Shown: in pieces, positions 29,796-44,010 of the stretch
Layout: each line of letters opens with the position of its first letter
Position numbering within the stretch: position 1 is the stretch's first letter
NCBI GenBank assembly: GCA_050613775.1
Contig: JBODTK010000121.1
Span: 248,001-312,000, forward strand
DNA: 64,000 bases
From: Neocallimastix sp. 'constans'
Lineage: Eukaryota
Direction: 5' to 3'
Translations under genes and position numbers: made by a program
The notes under the pieces: model-generated
Told to the model about the DNA's origin: nothing
Database searches by the model: none
What the model saw: the letters and a program-made list of their open reading frames with translations, nothing else

Positions 29796-31075
29796 TTGTA
29801 TTACATTAATTATAGTACAATTACATTAATGTATATTATAAAAAATAATTAATATTATAGAAAAATGTATGAATTTAATATTGAGAATAATGTATTAATA
29901 CACTAAATTACGTATTTGTTTTATATCAACATTAATATATTCCTTCAATTTTTTATACTCCATATATAGTATAAAATTTTTAACATAAAAACAGTGAATT
30001 TCCTCTATTTCATAAAATAGAGGAAATCATAACTTTTATTTATTATTATACTTATTATAATTATAATACCTAGTATTATAGCTACTACTATTTATAATTA
30101 TTATATTTATTACTACGACAACTACTACTTTTTGTTAATATAGTTTAAAATCATTTGAAATGAGATAAAAGAAAAAAAAAAATAAATGTAATTTAAAAGA
30201 AATGAAATAAAAGAAAAAAATAAATGTAATTTAAAAAAAGCTATATAAAAAATAAAATAAAAATAATTATATTGTCAATAAATTATTTTTCAATATTGTA
30301 TATATTAGTACAAAAATAAAAAACTAAAAAAAAAAAAAAAAAACAGTCATAATTTAAAAATAAAAGAATTACGAGTATTTTTTAAATATTAGCTACTTTT
30401 ATTATTATTATTATAATTAATTTATACAAAAAATTTTATAACAAAATTTTGTAATTTTTTTTTTATGATATACAATATATATAATTATTTTATAAATAAT
30501 AAATATTATTTAAAAAATAATTCTAAAGTTTAAATTTGATATGAGTCTAACTTAATATAAAAAAGAATTTTATAACTTTTATTTATTTTTAATTAAAAAT
30601 TATATTTAATTCTTATAAAAATAAATAAAAGTTATAAAATTCTTTTTTTTATAAATTCTTATATTATAAATTGATAATAATAATTCTCTCTAAGAAAGGT
30701 TGTTTTCTAAAATATATTTATGAATTTTAAATATATATTTCTGGAGTTTAATAACATTTTTTTTATATAATTTTAAAATAATAATAAATAAAATTTAAAT
30801 ATAAATAAAAGGAATTTTAATTATTCTTTATCGAAATTTCTTCCCTTAAAATATTACTAATGATAGATAAAATATCCCATCAAAGAACAATATACCACTC
30901 ACCGGGGAAAAACTGATTTTCACCAATATATACAAAAATTTATTAAATAATATAATATAAATTTTTGTATCAATATACTAATAATAGATATATATATTTT
31001 TATAATTTAAACTTAAATATAAATATTAATATTTTTAAACATTCTTTAATGAGTATTTAAAAAAGAACCACAATA

Positions 31076-31118
<43 letters not shown>

Positions 31119-33592
31119 TATTAAATATTTCAAATTAAAGTTATTTTTTTTTTCATATGTACTTCAATACATATTAATATATTTTATTTTAAATATTTTG
31201 ATTATTTAAGTAACAGTTTGGATATATATAATATATGGTATTAAATTTTATTATACAATTTTTTTTTTTTTAAAAATAAAGTTAAATATTAAAAATTTAA
31301 CTATTTTTTGACTGTTGTTGATACAACTCTAGGTTGTACTCAGTATATATAAATATATATATGGTATTGTGTAAAAGAAGAGTGTCATATATGTATATAT
31401 GGATATATATAAAAGTTTAAAAAAAAAAAAAAAAAACTGTTATTGATGTAAAATATATATATTGAATATCATGTTAAATATTTTTTACTTTTTTTTTTTA
31501 TTTTTTAATATATGTATTTTTCAGGGAGAAATTTTATAAATTAAATATATATATATATATTTATATTTAATTTGAATATCAAAGTTACACAAGTTCAAAT
31601 TTTTTTTTTTTTTTTTTTTAAAATATTATAATATTTAATTTATAAATTTAAAATAATCTTTCAACTATTTCTATTATAATTAACTTTATTTATTAAATTT
31701 TTAATTCTTTTTTCTTTTCTTTTCTTTTTAATTAAATTTACAAAAAAAAAGTAAGATAAAAAAAAAAATAAAATTAAATCTTTATCTTTTAATTAATAGT
31801 AATAAATGTATATAAAGATATCTTAAATTTAAAAAATAAAAAGATGAAAGTAAAATAAAGCAAAACATAATTTATTGTTGAATATCTTTAGTACAAATAG
31901 TGCAGGTAATTATAATTATATAAAAAAGATTAAACTATGATAAAATAATATAGGTTGTACTATTTAATTAATATTATACAAAAAATATTATATCTATTAT
32001 TTTATTTTATTTTAAAATATGTTAGTTCTTTAAATTTTTTTTTTAATTAAATCATAATATGTTGCTTTTAGCCATATATGTAATATAATATAAATAAAAT
32101 GAATTTTCTTTCCAATTTTCCATTAACTTTTTTAAAATATATTAAATAATAAATAAAATATAAAAAATTGATAATAAATAATTAAAGAAATGTTAAAGAT
32201 TCATAATAAATTAATATTATGCAATCGTTTAAATATTTATGTTTTTTTTTTATTTTTTTTTTTTTTAAAGAAAAAAAGTTTTTTTAATTGTCATACAATT
32301 ATTTTCTCTTTAAATATATATATTTAAAATAAAAAAAAAACTTTAAATTTTATATATCATAATCATATCCAAATCTTGTGGTTCTGACTGACATGGGAGC
32401 ACTTTATGTAGATATCCTGATACACACCCTCTATAAAGTTTGTCTGATATTAGTAGTCTGTTGTGGCTGGTATAATATGATCATTTACAAGGGAAAGTCT
32501 AAAAAAAATTAAATATTAATTCTAATTCTAATTTAATATTCTTTTAAATAAATAAATAAATAAAATAAAATATAAATAATAAAAATTAAAAAATAAAAAT
32601 TCTATTTTTTTTTTAATAAACTTTAATTTATATCTTTTTTAATAAACTTTAATTTATATTTTTTTAATAAACTTTAATTTATATCTTTTTTAATAAACTT
32701 TAATTTATATCTTTTTTCTTTTTTCTTTTTTTCATTGATATATTTATTTAATTACTATTATTTATTTAATTTTTATTATTTAATTAAATTTTTATTATTT
32801 ATTTAAATTTTTATATAATTCAAGTTATTAATTTTATATTTTTATTGATTAATTATTTCTTTATTTTTATATACAAATTTAATATTTTTTACTACATATA
32901 TATTTATATTTAATTTAAAAATTATCCCACTTTTTTTTTTTAAATATGAACTTTTATGTTAATTTTTTTTTTTTTTTTGTCATATTATTATTTATTATTT
33001 ATTTATTTTTTTTTGTTATATTATTATTTATTATTTAATTATTTTTTTTTTCTAATTTTTACTTAAAATATTTTAAAAGAGTTAAATTATATATAAAATT
33101 TAAATTTAATAATATAAACAATATAACATATAATACTAAGGATTAAAAATTATCGTATATAATTGTTATTAGAAAATTACATTTATATATCTTCAATTTA
33201 TTTTATTTTATATATTTCAATTTTAGTGTATTAACGATTTTTTTTTTTTTTTTTTTTTTTAAAAAATTATTAAAAATTGCAAATAAAAATTTTTAAACTT
33301 TTAGTTAAAATTAATATTTTAATAAAAAATTTTTTTTTTAAAAAAAAAAAAAAAAGAAAATATATATATATATAAAATATTTTAAAAAGAAATTTAAAAT
33401 ATATAATTTATTGATTCACATACAATATTTAAACATTCGGGGATATATATTGATTAATATTATTTAAATATTATTAAGAAAATAATAATAATAATAATAA
33501 TATCAAGATTTTTTTTCTTATTTATATTTTAATTTTAATTTTTTTTTTTTTTTTATTTTTATTTTTATTTATATATTTATTTTTTTTTAATT

Positions 33593-34936
33593 TTATATTT
33601 CAGTTGAGTTTTTTTCTATTGAACATCTTAAATTATTTAAGTAATAGGTGGATTTTATGGGGTAGTTAATTAAGTTTTTATTTTTATTTGATATCTGAAA
33701 ATAATTATCATTTTGATCATAATTATTAATTTCATAAAACATATTAGTATTATATATTATTGTTTTATCATCATGAATATTATTTTGAGTAAAATCATTG
33801 TATAAACTATTTCGAGCATTAGAAAAGGAAGGGTTTTTAATGGAATATAATTTATAATTAATGTTATTTTGTTGATAATAATTAGTTTCACCATTATCTA
33901 TAGTATTTTGTTGAGATGTTATTTCTTTTAATGAATCATGTTTTTTGTCATAAATTTTCTTACTTTCTTGGGAACTATTAAAATGTGAATCCGAATAAGT
34001 CAATTTTTTTGAACTAACTATGGATTTTCCATTGGAACGTTCTATGAAATATCGTAGCAATACTTGATCCATATACATTAATGCATAATTGAAATTTAGA
34101 ACTGCAATTCTCATCTGTTCAATTTCTGCATCTGATTTTTGATGATATCTAGAATTTTCATCTCTGTAATCTATAATAAGAAAGACAACAAAAATAGTAA
34201 CAATAGGAAAGAAAATGATTGAGGCTAACATTGAAAAAATGATACGAAATTCTGATATTTGTTTAAATTTTTCCAAAAATATATTGGTTCCTTTGGCCTT
34301 AAAATCCTTTATTGTATCTGAGAGATATGAATGTAATGCATTAATAATTGAAAAATCGTATAAACAACTTGCAAGTTGCATTAAAGCTATAGTTGACCAC
34401 CATGCAATGTTATACTGAATTAAATCTTCTGTTGTTACTGCTTTTTCATCAGTAATTTTTAAATCTATAGGATAATTTATTAATCCACAAAACATGGCAA
34501 GAACTTTTACAAAATTATAAAAAATACAAGTAATATATACCCATATCATTTTCTTTTTATTATTTGTAACTATTTTTGTTCTTAATAAAGGGTACCAGTC
34601 TCCAATTATTTCTCCAAGAAACCAAAAAACATGGGCTAATACAAAACCAATATACCAATTTTTATGTGAAAATGGCCAAAAAGTATTAGGATCATGAGAT
34701 CTTAACTCCATTGTTGCTTTTAATATATCTCCAATGGCTCTGAAAAACCAATTTCCAATTAAAATTAAATTAATTGGTTTTTTCCAGTTTCTTCCATTTA
34801 TAATTAATATTAGACATACCCAAGGAAAATATGAACTCTTTATAAAGGAGTTTATTATATTTTGCCAGCCATCTATGTGTTCAATAGATACATTATATGG
34901 TGAACGATTTAAACCATACTTTATAATATCTTGCAT
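33593..34936 (-). CDS. Seven-transmembrane receptor-like protein, paralogue 2 (447 aa)
   Basis: Intact ORF with the family motifs FPW, NWFFRAIGD, FWPFS, GEIIGDWYPLLRTK, KFKQISEFRI, EQMR, DQVLL; Asn-rich tail. Confidence 0.88.
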   Translation of the reverse strand: MQDIIKYGLNRSPYNVSIEHIDGWQNIINSFIKSSYFPWVCLILIINGRNWKKPINLILIGNWFFRAIGDILKATMELRSHDPNTFWPFSHKNWYIGFVLAHVFWFLGEIIGDWYPLLRTKIVTNNKKKMIWVYITCIFYNFVKVLAMFCGLINYPIDLKITDEKAVTTEDLIQYNIAWWSTIALMQLASCLYDFSIINALHSYLSDTIKDFKAKGTNIFLEKFKQISEFRIIFSMLASIIFFPIVTIFVVFLIIDYRDENSRYHQKSDAEIEQMRIAVLNFNYALMYMDQVLLRYFIERSNGKSIVSSKKLTYSDSHFNSSQESKKIYDKKHDSLKEITSQQNTIDNGETNYYQQNNINYKLYSIKNPSFSNARNSLYNDFTQNNIHDDKTIIYNTNMFYEINNYDQNDNYFQISNKNKNLINYPIKSTYYLNNLRCSIEKNSTEI

Positions 34937-35308
34937 TTTTTTTTATATTATATATTATATTATTTTATAATATATATATGTTTAATTATATACATATACT
35001 TTTTATAATTATATTTTATTTTATTTTATTTTTTATTACATATATATATTCTAATAAATATTTATGATAATAAATATTTATATATTAATATTATATAAAT
35101 TATAATTAAATATAATTTATATAAATATTATTTTATTTTTTATTTTAATTTATTCTATTTATAATTTAAATATCTTTTTATTTAAAAAAAAAAAAAAAGA
35201 AAAAAATTAAAAAAAGGAAAGAAACTTTCATTTTATATAATTTTAGTTTTCTTTTTTCTATTTTCTTTTATTTTTTTTTTTTATTTTTTATTTTTTATTT
35301 TTTTTTTT

Positions 35309-35347
<39 letters not shown>

Positions 35348-36160
35348 TGGTATTATTATTATTATTTAATTTAAATTTATAAATTAATTAAAGTTCTTTG
35401 ATATTTTAATTAATTCGGAAATGATTTACTTTTTAATAAATACTATTTGATTAAATTGCATTAATTAAATAAGAAAAAAACTAATGTAATTATATTATTT
35501 ATCATCCGTTTAATATATTTTTTTTTATTCTGTTTTACTATAATTTATCCTTTTTATTTTTCCTTTTCCTTTTTATTTTTTTTTTAGTTATATTATTATT
35601 GATATTATTATTTAATTTATAATGTTGATATTATTATTTAATTTATAATGTTGATATTATTATTTAATTTGTAACAATTTATACAGTTCAAATTTTTGTT
35701 ATATATAGAGTATATTTTAAAATAATAATAAAAAATTTTTTTTTAGTTTTTGAATAATTAATATAGTAAAATTTATTTTAATTTTTCAAAAATGGATTTT
35801 TTTTTTAGTTATCGAAAAAAAAAAATCCATTTTCACTTTTCGTAATTAATTTTCTTTCCTTCATAAATGTCTTTTTTGGGTTTAAGTTTTTTTTTTTTTA
35901 TATATATTTATTATTAATTTTCTATAATAGAGAATAATATAAATATTATGGAAAATAATTTATCATTTTTAAATATTTAATTTAGAGATTAATTCTTTTT
36001 TAATCTATTAAAATTAATTTTCTTTGTATACATTAAGAGAAATTTTCATTATTAATATATTAAAATGGGAAAATTTTTTTAAAGAAAATATTAAATTTAC
36101 TTATTTATAAAAATGAATAATTAATTTATTAATAAAGGGAAATAATTTTTTCTTTATCTT

Positions 36161-36206
<46 letters not shown>

Positions 36207-37360
36207 AAAATAAATAAATACACATATTCATAAATAAATAAATAACAACATAAATAAATAAATAAATAACAACATAAATAAATAAATAAATAACAACATA
36301 AATAAACGAATAAATAAATGCTTAAATAAATGAATAAATAAATAAATAATCTTATTATATAAATTGATAATAGATACTTTATTTTTAATATTATTATATA
36401 CAGATATAATTATTATAGAACAATTGTATTTTTAAAATTGTCATTAAAGTTTTTTTTTTTTTTTTTTAGTTTTATATATATATAAATTGAAATATATTTA
36501 AATGGATTTATATATATGAAGAGATTAAATAAAGTTTGAAATGAAATAAAATATAATAAAAGTGAAGTAGTATAAAAGAGTAAAGTATTAATAAAAATAA
36601 AATAAAATAAAGAATTTTTAATATTAATTACTAAATAGATAATTAATTTTTTTTTTTTTTTTTCAAAAAATCTTATATTAAATTACTTTTTTGCTCTTTA
36701 ATTCATAAGGAAATAAAAATTATTTAAATTCAGATTGTTAACCTTTGTTATTGTTATTATTTTTTTTTAATGAATATATTATTACAAAACCGAATCGTTT
36801 CATTTCACAAAGTTGCATTCCGTTAAATGAGGCATTTCACAATTTTAATATTATAAATTAATTATTATATAAATTAATAAATAAATAATTTTAATAAATC
36901 ATGTCAAATTAAGGTTAAATTTTTTTTTTTTTTTTTTTTTTTTATTTTAAAAAAAGTAAAAAAAATATTATTTAAAAAAATATAATATTATTGAAATTTT
37001 CATTATATATATATTTAAAAAAAAAAAAATAAAATACTCATGAAATTTATATAAAGTATTTAAAAAAAAAAAATATTAAAAAATTAAAAAGGTTTATATC
37101 TTTAGAATATATTTAAAAAAATTTTTTTTTATATTTTTAAGATATAAACTTTTTTAATTTTTAAATGTTCTTTTTTTATTTTAAATATTCTCAAAAATAA
37201 AATATTCTTAAAAAAAAATACATTCTATTAATATAAAAATTAAAAGTTTTAATGAATGTGTTGAATTTCGGAATGTAGTTTATAAATAAAAATTTAATTC
37301 TTAATTTAAAGCACCACATTTTCAATATCTTTATTAAATTAATTGTAAATAAATAAATAA

Positions 37361-37393
<33 letters not shown>

Positions 37394-38099
37394 TTTTTAA
37401 GATATTAAGAATCAAATGAATTAAATAAACAATAAATAAAATAAATAATAAAAATTTTAATTAAATTAATAATAAATTATAAAAAATTACATATATTTTA
37501 TTGTTAACCATTAAAAAATGGAAAAAAAAATCTAAAAATTGAAAAAGTGAAACAAATAAATCAAAAAAATAAATTATTATAAATAAAAAATATAAATATA
37601 ATTTATCTTTAGAATTAAATATTATAAAATCTTTTATTATTATTTCAACAAAAAATATTAAAATATATCTTTAAAAATTAAGTATTATTAAATATTATTA
37701 TTTTAACAAAAAATAATAAAATTTATCATCAAAATTAAATATTATTTATGAATTAATATTATGAATTAAATATTTATTTGAAATGTGGCGTACTTTTTTA
37801 ATAATTAACAATAAAATATATGTAATTTTTTAAAATTTATTTATTTATTTATTTAATTTATTTTTTTTATTATTTAATTTTTTATTATTTATTTATATTA
37901 ATTTAATTTTTTATTATTTATTTATTTAATTTTATTTAATTTTTTTTATTATTTTTTTTTAAAAATTATAAATTAAGTGTTTTTGAGAAAATTTTGTTGA
38001 TGTTTAAATAAATAAATAAATAAATAAAAAAAAATTAACTCATTCATATTATCTCAAGTTTTATTTATTTATTTATTTATTTATAATTATTTAAAAAAA

Positions 38100-38700
38100 A
38101 AAAATTAAAAATGTGGGGCGTTAAATTACGAATTAAAATATTAGTAATATAAATTTTTTTTATTGATAATTTAATTTTATTATAAAAACTTTATTCTTTC
38201 ACTTCCCTCCAAACTTATATTTATTATCAAATATTAAGTTGGTAAAATTTGTCAGTTTTGGTCAGTTTACGTTTTTAGTTAAAATGTTGGCCAATTTTTC
38301 TTCAGATTTGTATTAATTAAATTCAATTTTAATTAGGAATGAAGATATTGTAGAATTCTAATTTTTGAATTGATTATTTTAAGCCAATATCATCTACTAT
38401 AATCTATATCTCCTTTGAGAATTGTTATATATACTTCTTTGTCTTTTGTATATTTAATGATTTTGTTATTTGAATCTTTTTTAATTTTAAGCATTCATTT
38501 CGATGTAATGTTATTTTCTAGTGTTTATCAACAAATATCATAACTTTATTTTTATATAAATTATCTAATTCCTTATTGATTGCTTGTTTCTGATTAATCC
38601 AATTCTCTCTATATGCATCATTATAATTAGATGAAATATCGGTATTAATTGAGAAGATTGTTGAGTATTCTCTATTTTTATCTAGTAATTTAGAAAATAA
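38100..38700 (-). mobile_element. Second, heavily deleted Ty1/copia relic (RT start, RT middle, RNase H end, PPT, start of 3' LTR)
   Basis: Minus-strand translations AINKELDNLYKNKVMIFVDK, K*MLKIKKDSNNKIIKY, DKEVYITILKGDIDY and SEEKLANILTKNVN*PKLTNFTNLIFD parallel the 53-57 kb element. They are followed by TTTGGAGGGAAG (PPT) and TGAAAGAATA at 38201. The left boundary is uncertain. Confidence 0.75.
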
Positions 38701-38943
38701 ATTTTTATAGTATTAATATTGATATAAAGTAATTAATTTTATTATTTATTTTTATATTATAATTATTAATTATTATTATAACACTTTTGACTTATTATCA
38801 TTTTTTTGTAGTATTATATATAAATATGTATATATTTATTTTTTTAATTTTTTATATTCAAATTTATTTAAACCTTTCTGTTAATTATATTCGATAAAAT
38901 TATAATTAAATTTTGTATATTAGTGAATTGAAATTAAAAATAT

Positions 38944-40077
38944 CTATTTCTCTAATATATCTTTATGATTAGAAGGTGTTGAAGTCATTGAATTATTAAT
39001 TGCTATATTATCGTATACAACTCTATCTTTTGTTGAATCTAAGTTCTTATATTTATTATTTTCAATGTTATTAACTGAAATGTTAAAAAAAGCACTTGTA
39101 GTTTTTTGGTCATCATTTACAAAACTTCTAAGTAAAATTTGGTCCATATACATAAAAGTATAATTGAAATTAAGAACGGTTTCACGAAATAGTTCTATTT
39201 CTGAATCTGAATTAATATTACTGACGTTATTATATTTATAGCCATATAAAAGAAAAATAACAAAAATAATTACAAAAGGAAGAAAAATTAAGTTTGCTGT
39301 CATAGAAAAAATAATACGAAATTCAGATATCTGCTTAAATTTATCCATAAAGGAATTCTTTTCATATAGATTATTCCCATTTATTTCGTTAAAAAGATGA
39401 CTTTTTAAAACTAATATAATACTAATGTCGTATAAAATACTGGTGATACTTATTACTACTACGGTCGACCACCATACTATATTATATTTAACTATATCAT
39501 TTTTTGTATTGGAGACGATATCGCTATTAACTTGTTTTTTTAAGTTGATTGGATTATTCATGAAATAAGTATACATACCAAAAAATTTTATTGAATTATA
39601 TATAATGCAAAAAAAATAGATTATTTTAATTTTTTTAGAATTGTTGGTTACTACTTTTGTTCTAATTAGTGGATACCAATCCCCTACAATTTCACCTGAT
39701 AACCAAAATATATGAGCAATAGCATTACTTATATACCAATTTTTCTGTGAAAAAGGCCAATAGGTATAGGGTTCAAATGTTCTTAATTGCATAGTATTTC
39801 TTAGTAGATCTCCTGTAGAACGTAAAAACCAATGAACAATTAAAACAAGATTAATTGGCCTATACCAATTTTTTCCATTTAATATTAATATTAAAAATAT
39901 CCATGGAAAATGCATATTAATTAAGTAGGCATCAATTACATATTGTAGTGCATCAGATGTTTGAAATTTTATATCAGGATACATGTTATGAGAATTACTT
40001 TCATTAAAAAAGAAAGTACCATCGTTAAAGACAATACCATTAAAAGTTCCTTCAGCTAAATTTATAAGCTTTTGCAT
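38944..40077 (-). CDS. Seven-transmembrane receptor-like protein, paralogue 3 (377 aa, short tail)
   Basis: Intact ORF with FPW, HWFLRSTGD, YWPFS, GEIVGDWYPLIRTK, KFKQISEFRI, DQILL. Confidence 0.88.
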   Translation of the reverse strand: MQKLINLAEGTFNGIVFNDGTFFFNESNSHNMYPDIKFQTSDALQYVIDAYLINMHFPWIFLILILNGKNWYRPINLVLIVHWFLRSTGDLLRNTMQLRTFEPYTYWPFSQKNWYISNAIAHIFWLSGEIVGDWYPLIRTKVVTNNSKKIKIIYFFCIIYNSIKFFGMYTYFMNNPINLKKQVNSDIVSNTKNDIVKYNIVWWSTVVVISITSILYDISIILVLKSHLFNEINGNNLYEKNSFMDKFKQISEFRIIFSMTANLIFLPFVIIFVIFLLYGYKYNNVSNINSDSEIELFRETVLNFNYTFMYMDQILLRSFVNDDQKTTSAFFNISVNNIENNKYKNLDSTKDRVVYDNIAINNSMTSTPSNHKDILEK

Positions 40078-42906
40078 TTTTTTCTTTTTCTTTTTTTTTT
40101 TTTTTTATTATTCTTTTTATAAAAAAAGTAAAAAAAAAATAGAGAAAAAATTATATTAAAGATTTAACAAAAATATCAAAATGAAAAACAAAAGCAACAA
40201 AACAAAAAGCAAAAATAATAATAATAATAATAAAATGAAAAGCAAAAAAAAGCATAAAAAAAAGTATCTTTTAATTATAATTATATATAATATAATTTAT
40301 TTAATATATATTGATTTATTTATTTACTTTTTTTCTGATAAAAAATTATAAATATTTATATATGTTATTTTTTCATTATTATTATTTTTTTTTTTTTTAC
40401 AATTTTCTAAAAGAAATGAGAATATTAATAATAATAATTTAAAACAAGTATATTAATCCAAATTGTATTAATCTATGGAAAATTTTCTAGAGCATTAATT
40501 ATAAATCATAAATCATATTATTTCTATTGAAATTTGTGATTTTCTAAAAAAGGTTTATTAAAAAATAGATTTATTAAAACTTAAATTTTATTTATTTTAT
40601 ATTAATTATGGAAAATAGGAAAATACTTATTAATTAATTAATTAATTAATTACACATATAATACATATAATAAATTTTATTATATATATTATTTATTATA
40701 TTTAGTTTATTATGTTAGTATTTTCATTTTTAAAGTAATAAATCTATATATATAAAAATTAAAAATTAAATAAATAGTGAAATAGTTCATTTAAATATAG
40801 AATTTTAATTGGTTTATTTATTATTTAAAAAACTATTACAAATATTATTAAAAATGTTAATTTATGGAAATATAATTTATTTTTATTTTTTTTTCCATTT
40901 TTATTTTTCTTTTTTATTCTATTTTAATTTATTTTTTATTTTTTTTTTTTTTTCCATTAATTTCTCTAATAGATAGCTATATAAATAATAATATTGTTTT
41001 TGTAAATATATATATTAATATAATATATTGCTATTAATAATAAGTATATTTATTAATATCATCGCATGCTTTTTATGAGTAATCCATAACTATAACATAA
41101 TAAAATATTAAAATAAAATTATAAAGATTTTATTATTAAAATGTTTTAGTTTATGAGTATAAGTATAAAATTAGAGAACAAAATTATACATTATAAATAA
41201 TAATTAAAACAAATAAAAACGAAAACAAAACAAAAAAATATATATAATAATATTATATGAACATTTATTTATTTATTGAATTGCTAATTCTTAATACTTT
41301 AAACTTAATTATAAAAAAATATATATATATATATTATGTCATTTTTTCTTTTGGGAAAAACAATATAAAATGTTTCAAAAAAAAATTTTTTTTTATTATT
41401 ATTGTTTTTTAAATTTCTATTCTATTATATATTCTATCTATATATAATTTTTTAAATAGCTTATAATTTTTTTTTATTTTTTTATCACTAATTATCAGTA
41501 TTATATAAAAATATTGAAATATTTAAAATACATATTTTTTTTTTAAAATCGATTTAATTTTAAAGAGAACATAAAAAAATTTACAATCATCTTAAAAATA
41601 TATATAAAAAAATATAAAAGAACAAAATATTTATAGTTAATAATTTCTTTTTTAAAATTAAAACTAATATACTATTATTACATATAAGATGGTGCTATTT
41701 CATTTTTTCTATTATACATTTATGTAAAAAAAATCATTATTTTAAATTATAGTCATTTTTAATAAGTATAAAATTTTTTAAAAAAATAATTAATTTAGTG
41801 TTAAAAATATATAATTATTTTTTCTTTATGATTAGATATTGATAATATATATATATTGTTTTAAAATTTCATTTTTGTTTAATAAAAGTGAAAAAAAAGT
41901 AATTTTCCTTTTTTTTATAAAAATTTTTTAAAAAAAAATTAGAAAAATATATATTGAGAGTATTAATATGTAGATAATTGAATAATTATTTAGCTATTGA
42001 TAATAATATACAACTAAAAAGTTCGATGTACTTTTGTTGGGATTTATTTATTAAATTTATTGAAGTATTATTTATTTATTTATTTATTTATTTTTATTAT
42101 TAAGGTTACATATATTTAAAACTATCTAACAACTTTCTTTTACATTACACTTCTCTTAATTCAAGGAAATGTTTTATTTTTATGTTATTTAGTTATAATT
42201 AACTATTTGATTAATTGTTCTTGTGATTAAAATAAACTATTAAATGAAAATAAATATTAATAATTATTATTTAAGGAAATGTTTAATAACTATATAAATA
42301 TAAATATAAAACAATAAGAATATAATTAAAATATTGATTTATGCTATAAAATTTATTATTAATTATTAATATAATTAATATATTGAAACACACATATTAA
42401 AAATATTATAAAATCATTAGATTTAAATTTGATTTATGACATTAATATACATTAATATAACAAAAACTATTTTATATTAATTAAGGTTTGAATATTTCAT
42501 TTTATATCAATAATTAAACTTTTTCATGAAAATGACAAAAATGCAGAAGACATAAAAAAAAATTTTTTTAACCTGGTGTAACATATATAGATGACTATAA
42601 AAAATAAAAAAAAAAAAAAAAATTTAAATTAGAATTATATATATAATATATAGTTTATTGAATATAATTATTTAGTAATAATAATAATAAAAAAAAATAA
42701 CAATAAAAGTGATATAAAACGGAAATAAAAACTTTAATTATTAATAAAATTTATTTATTAATAATGACATAAAAATAAATTAATAAATCATTTGCAATTA
42801 CTTGACATAAATTAAACTTGACCGAAAATAGCATGATAAAATTAAAATTAAGTAAAGACATAAAATTATGCAAGAGCATAATAATTAATGTAAATATAAA
42901 TTTTAT

Positions 42907-44010
42907 GAGTGTGTGTCATTTCACAAAATTTCATTTCACAAAATTTCATTTCGTAAAATTTTAATAAATAAATAAATAAATAATAAAATAAATAAATAAA
43001 TAAATAAATAATAAAATAAATAAATAAATAACTAAATAATAAAAAAATAAAAAATAAAAAATATAAAATATAAAATATAAAATATAAAATAAAAAATAAA
43101 AAAAATAAAAAATATAAAATAAAAAAAAATATAAAATAAAAAATAAAAAAAAATATAAAAAATATAAAAAATATAAAAAATATAAAAAATATAAAAAATT
43201 TAAAATAAAAGATAAAAAAAATAAAAAAAAAATAAAAAATAAAAAAAAAAAATTAAAAAAAATATAAAATATAAAATAAAAATATAAAATATAAAATATA
43301 AAAAAAATAAAAAAAAATAAAAAAAATAGATATCCACCTAAAATCATCCTAACTTTGTGCTACTACTTTTAACTCCCATTTTTTATGATGCCCTCATCTT
43401 TTTTTTTTTTTTTTTTTTTTTATGGATTAATTATAAATATTTCTTTTATTAAAAAAAATTTATTAGTAATTTAAGATTTTTTTAAAATACTGCGCAAGGA
43501 CTTAAAAGGTGTAAAATGATCAATTAATTATTTAGATATTATTTTTTAATCTTTATAATAATTATTTTTTAATTGTTTTTAATTTTAATAGTTATATTTT
43601 AAATTATTATCCTTTTCATCCTTTAAATTATTAATACTTTTTTTATATATATATAAAATTATTATTGATTATATATTATAGAACATTTAAAATGTATGAT
43701 AAAATATTTTATTTTTTTAAAGCTTTAATTCTAATGAATATTTATTATTATATAATGTATATTTGTTGTATATATGTATATAAATATTTTTCTTTTTTTT
43801 AAAAAATTTAATTTTAAATTTATTTATTTATAATAGTTTTATTTGTTTATTTTTATTAATTTAGTTATTTATTTAAATCATATATATTATTTATTTGTTT
43901 TATTATTAATTTATTAACTTTAAAAAATTTTTGCGAAATGAAACTTCGTGAAATGAAACTTTGTGAAATGAAACTTTGCGAAATGAAATTTTTCGAAATG
44001 CACCTCCCCC
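42907..44010. mobile_element. Non-autonomous Mutator/foldback-like DNA transposon with modular TIRs and 9-bp TSD
   Basis: AAATTTTAT flanks both ends (42898-42906, 44011-44019). The left end GAGTGTGTGT carries 3 copies of a 15-mer CATTTC(A/G)(C/T)AAAATTT. The right end carries 5 inverted copies and ends CACCTCCCCC. No ORF inside. Confidence 0.8.
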
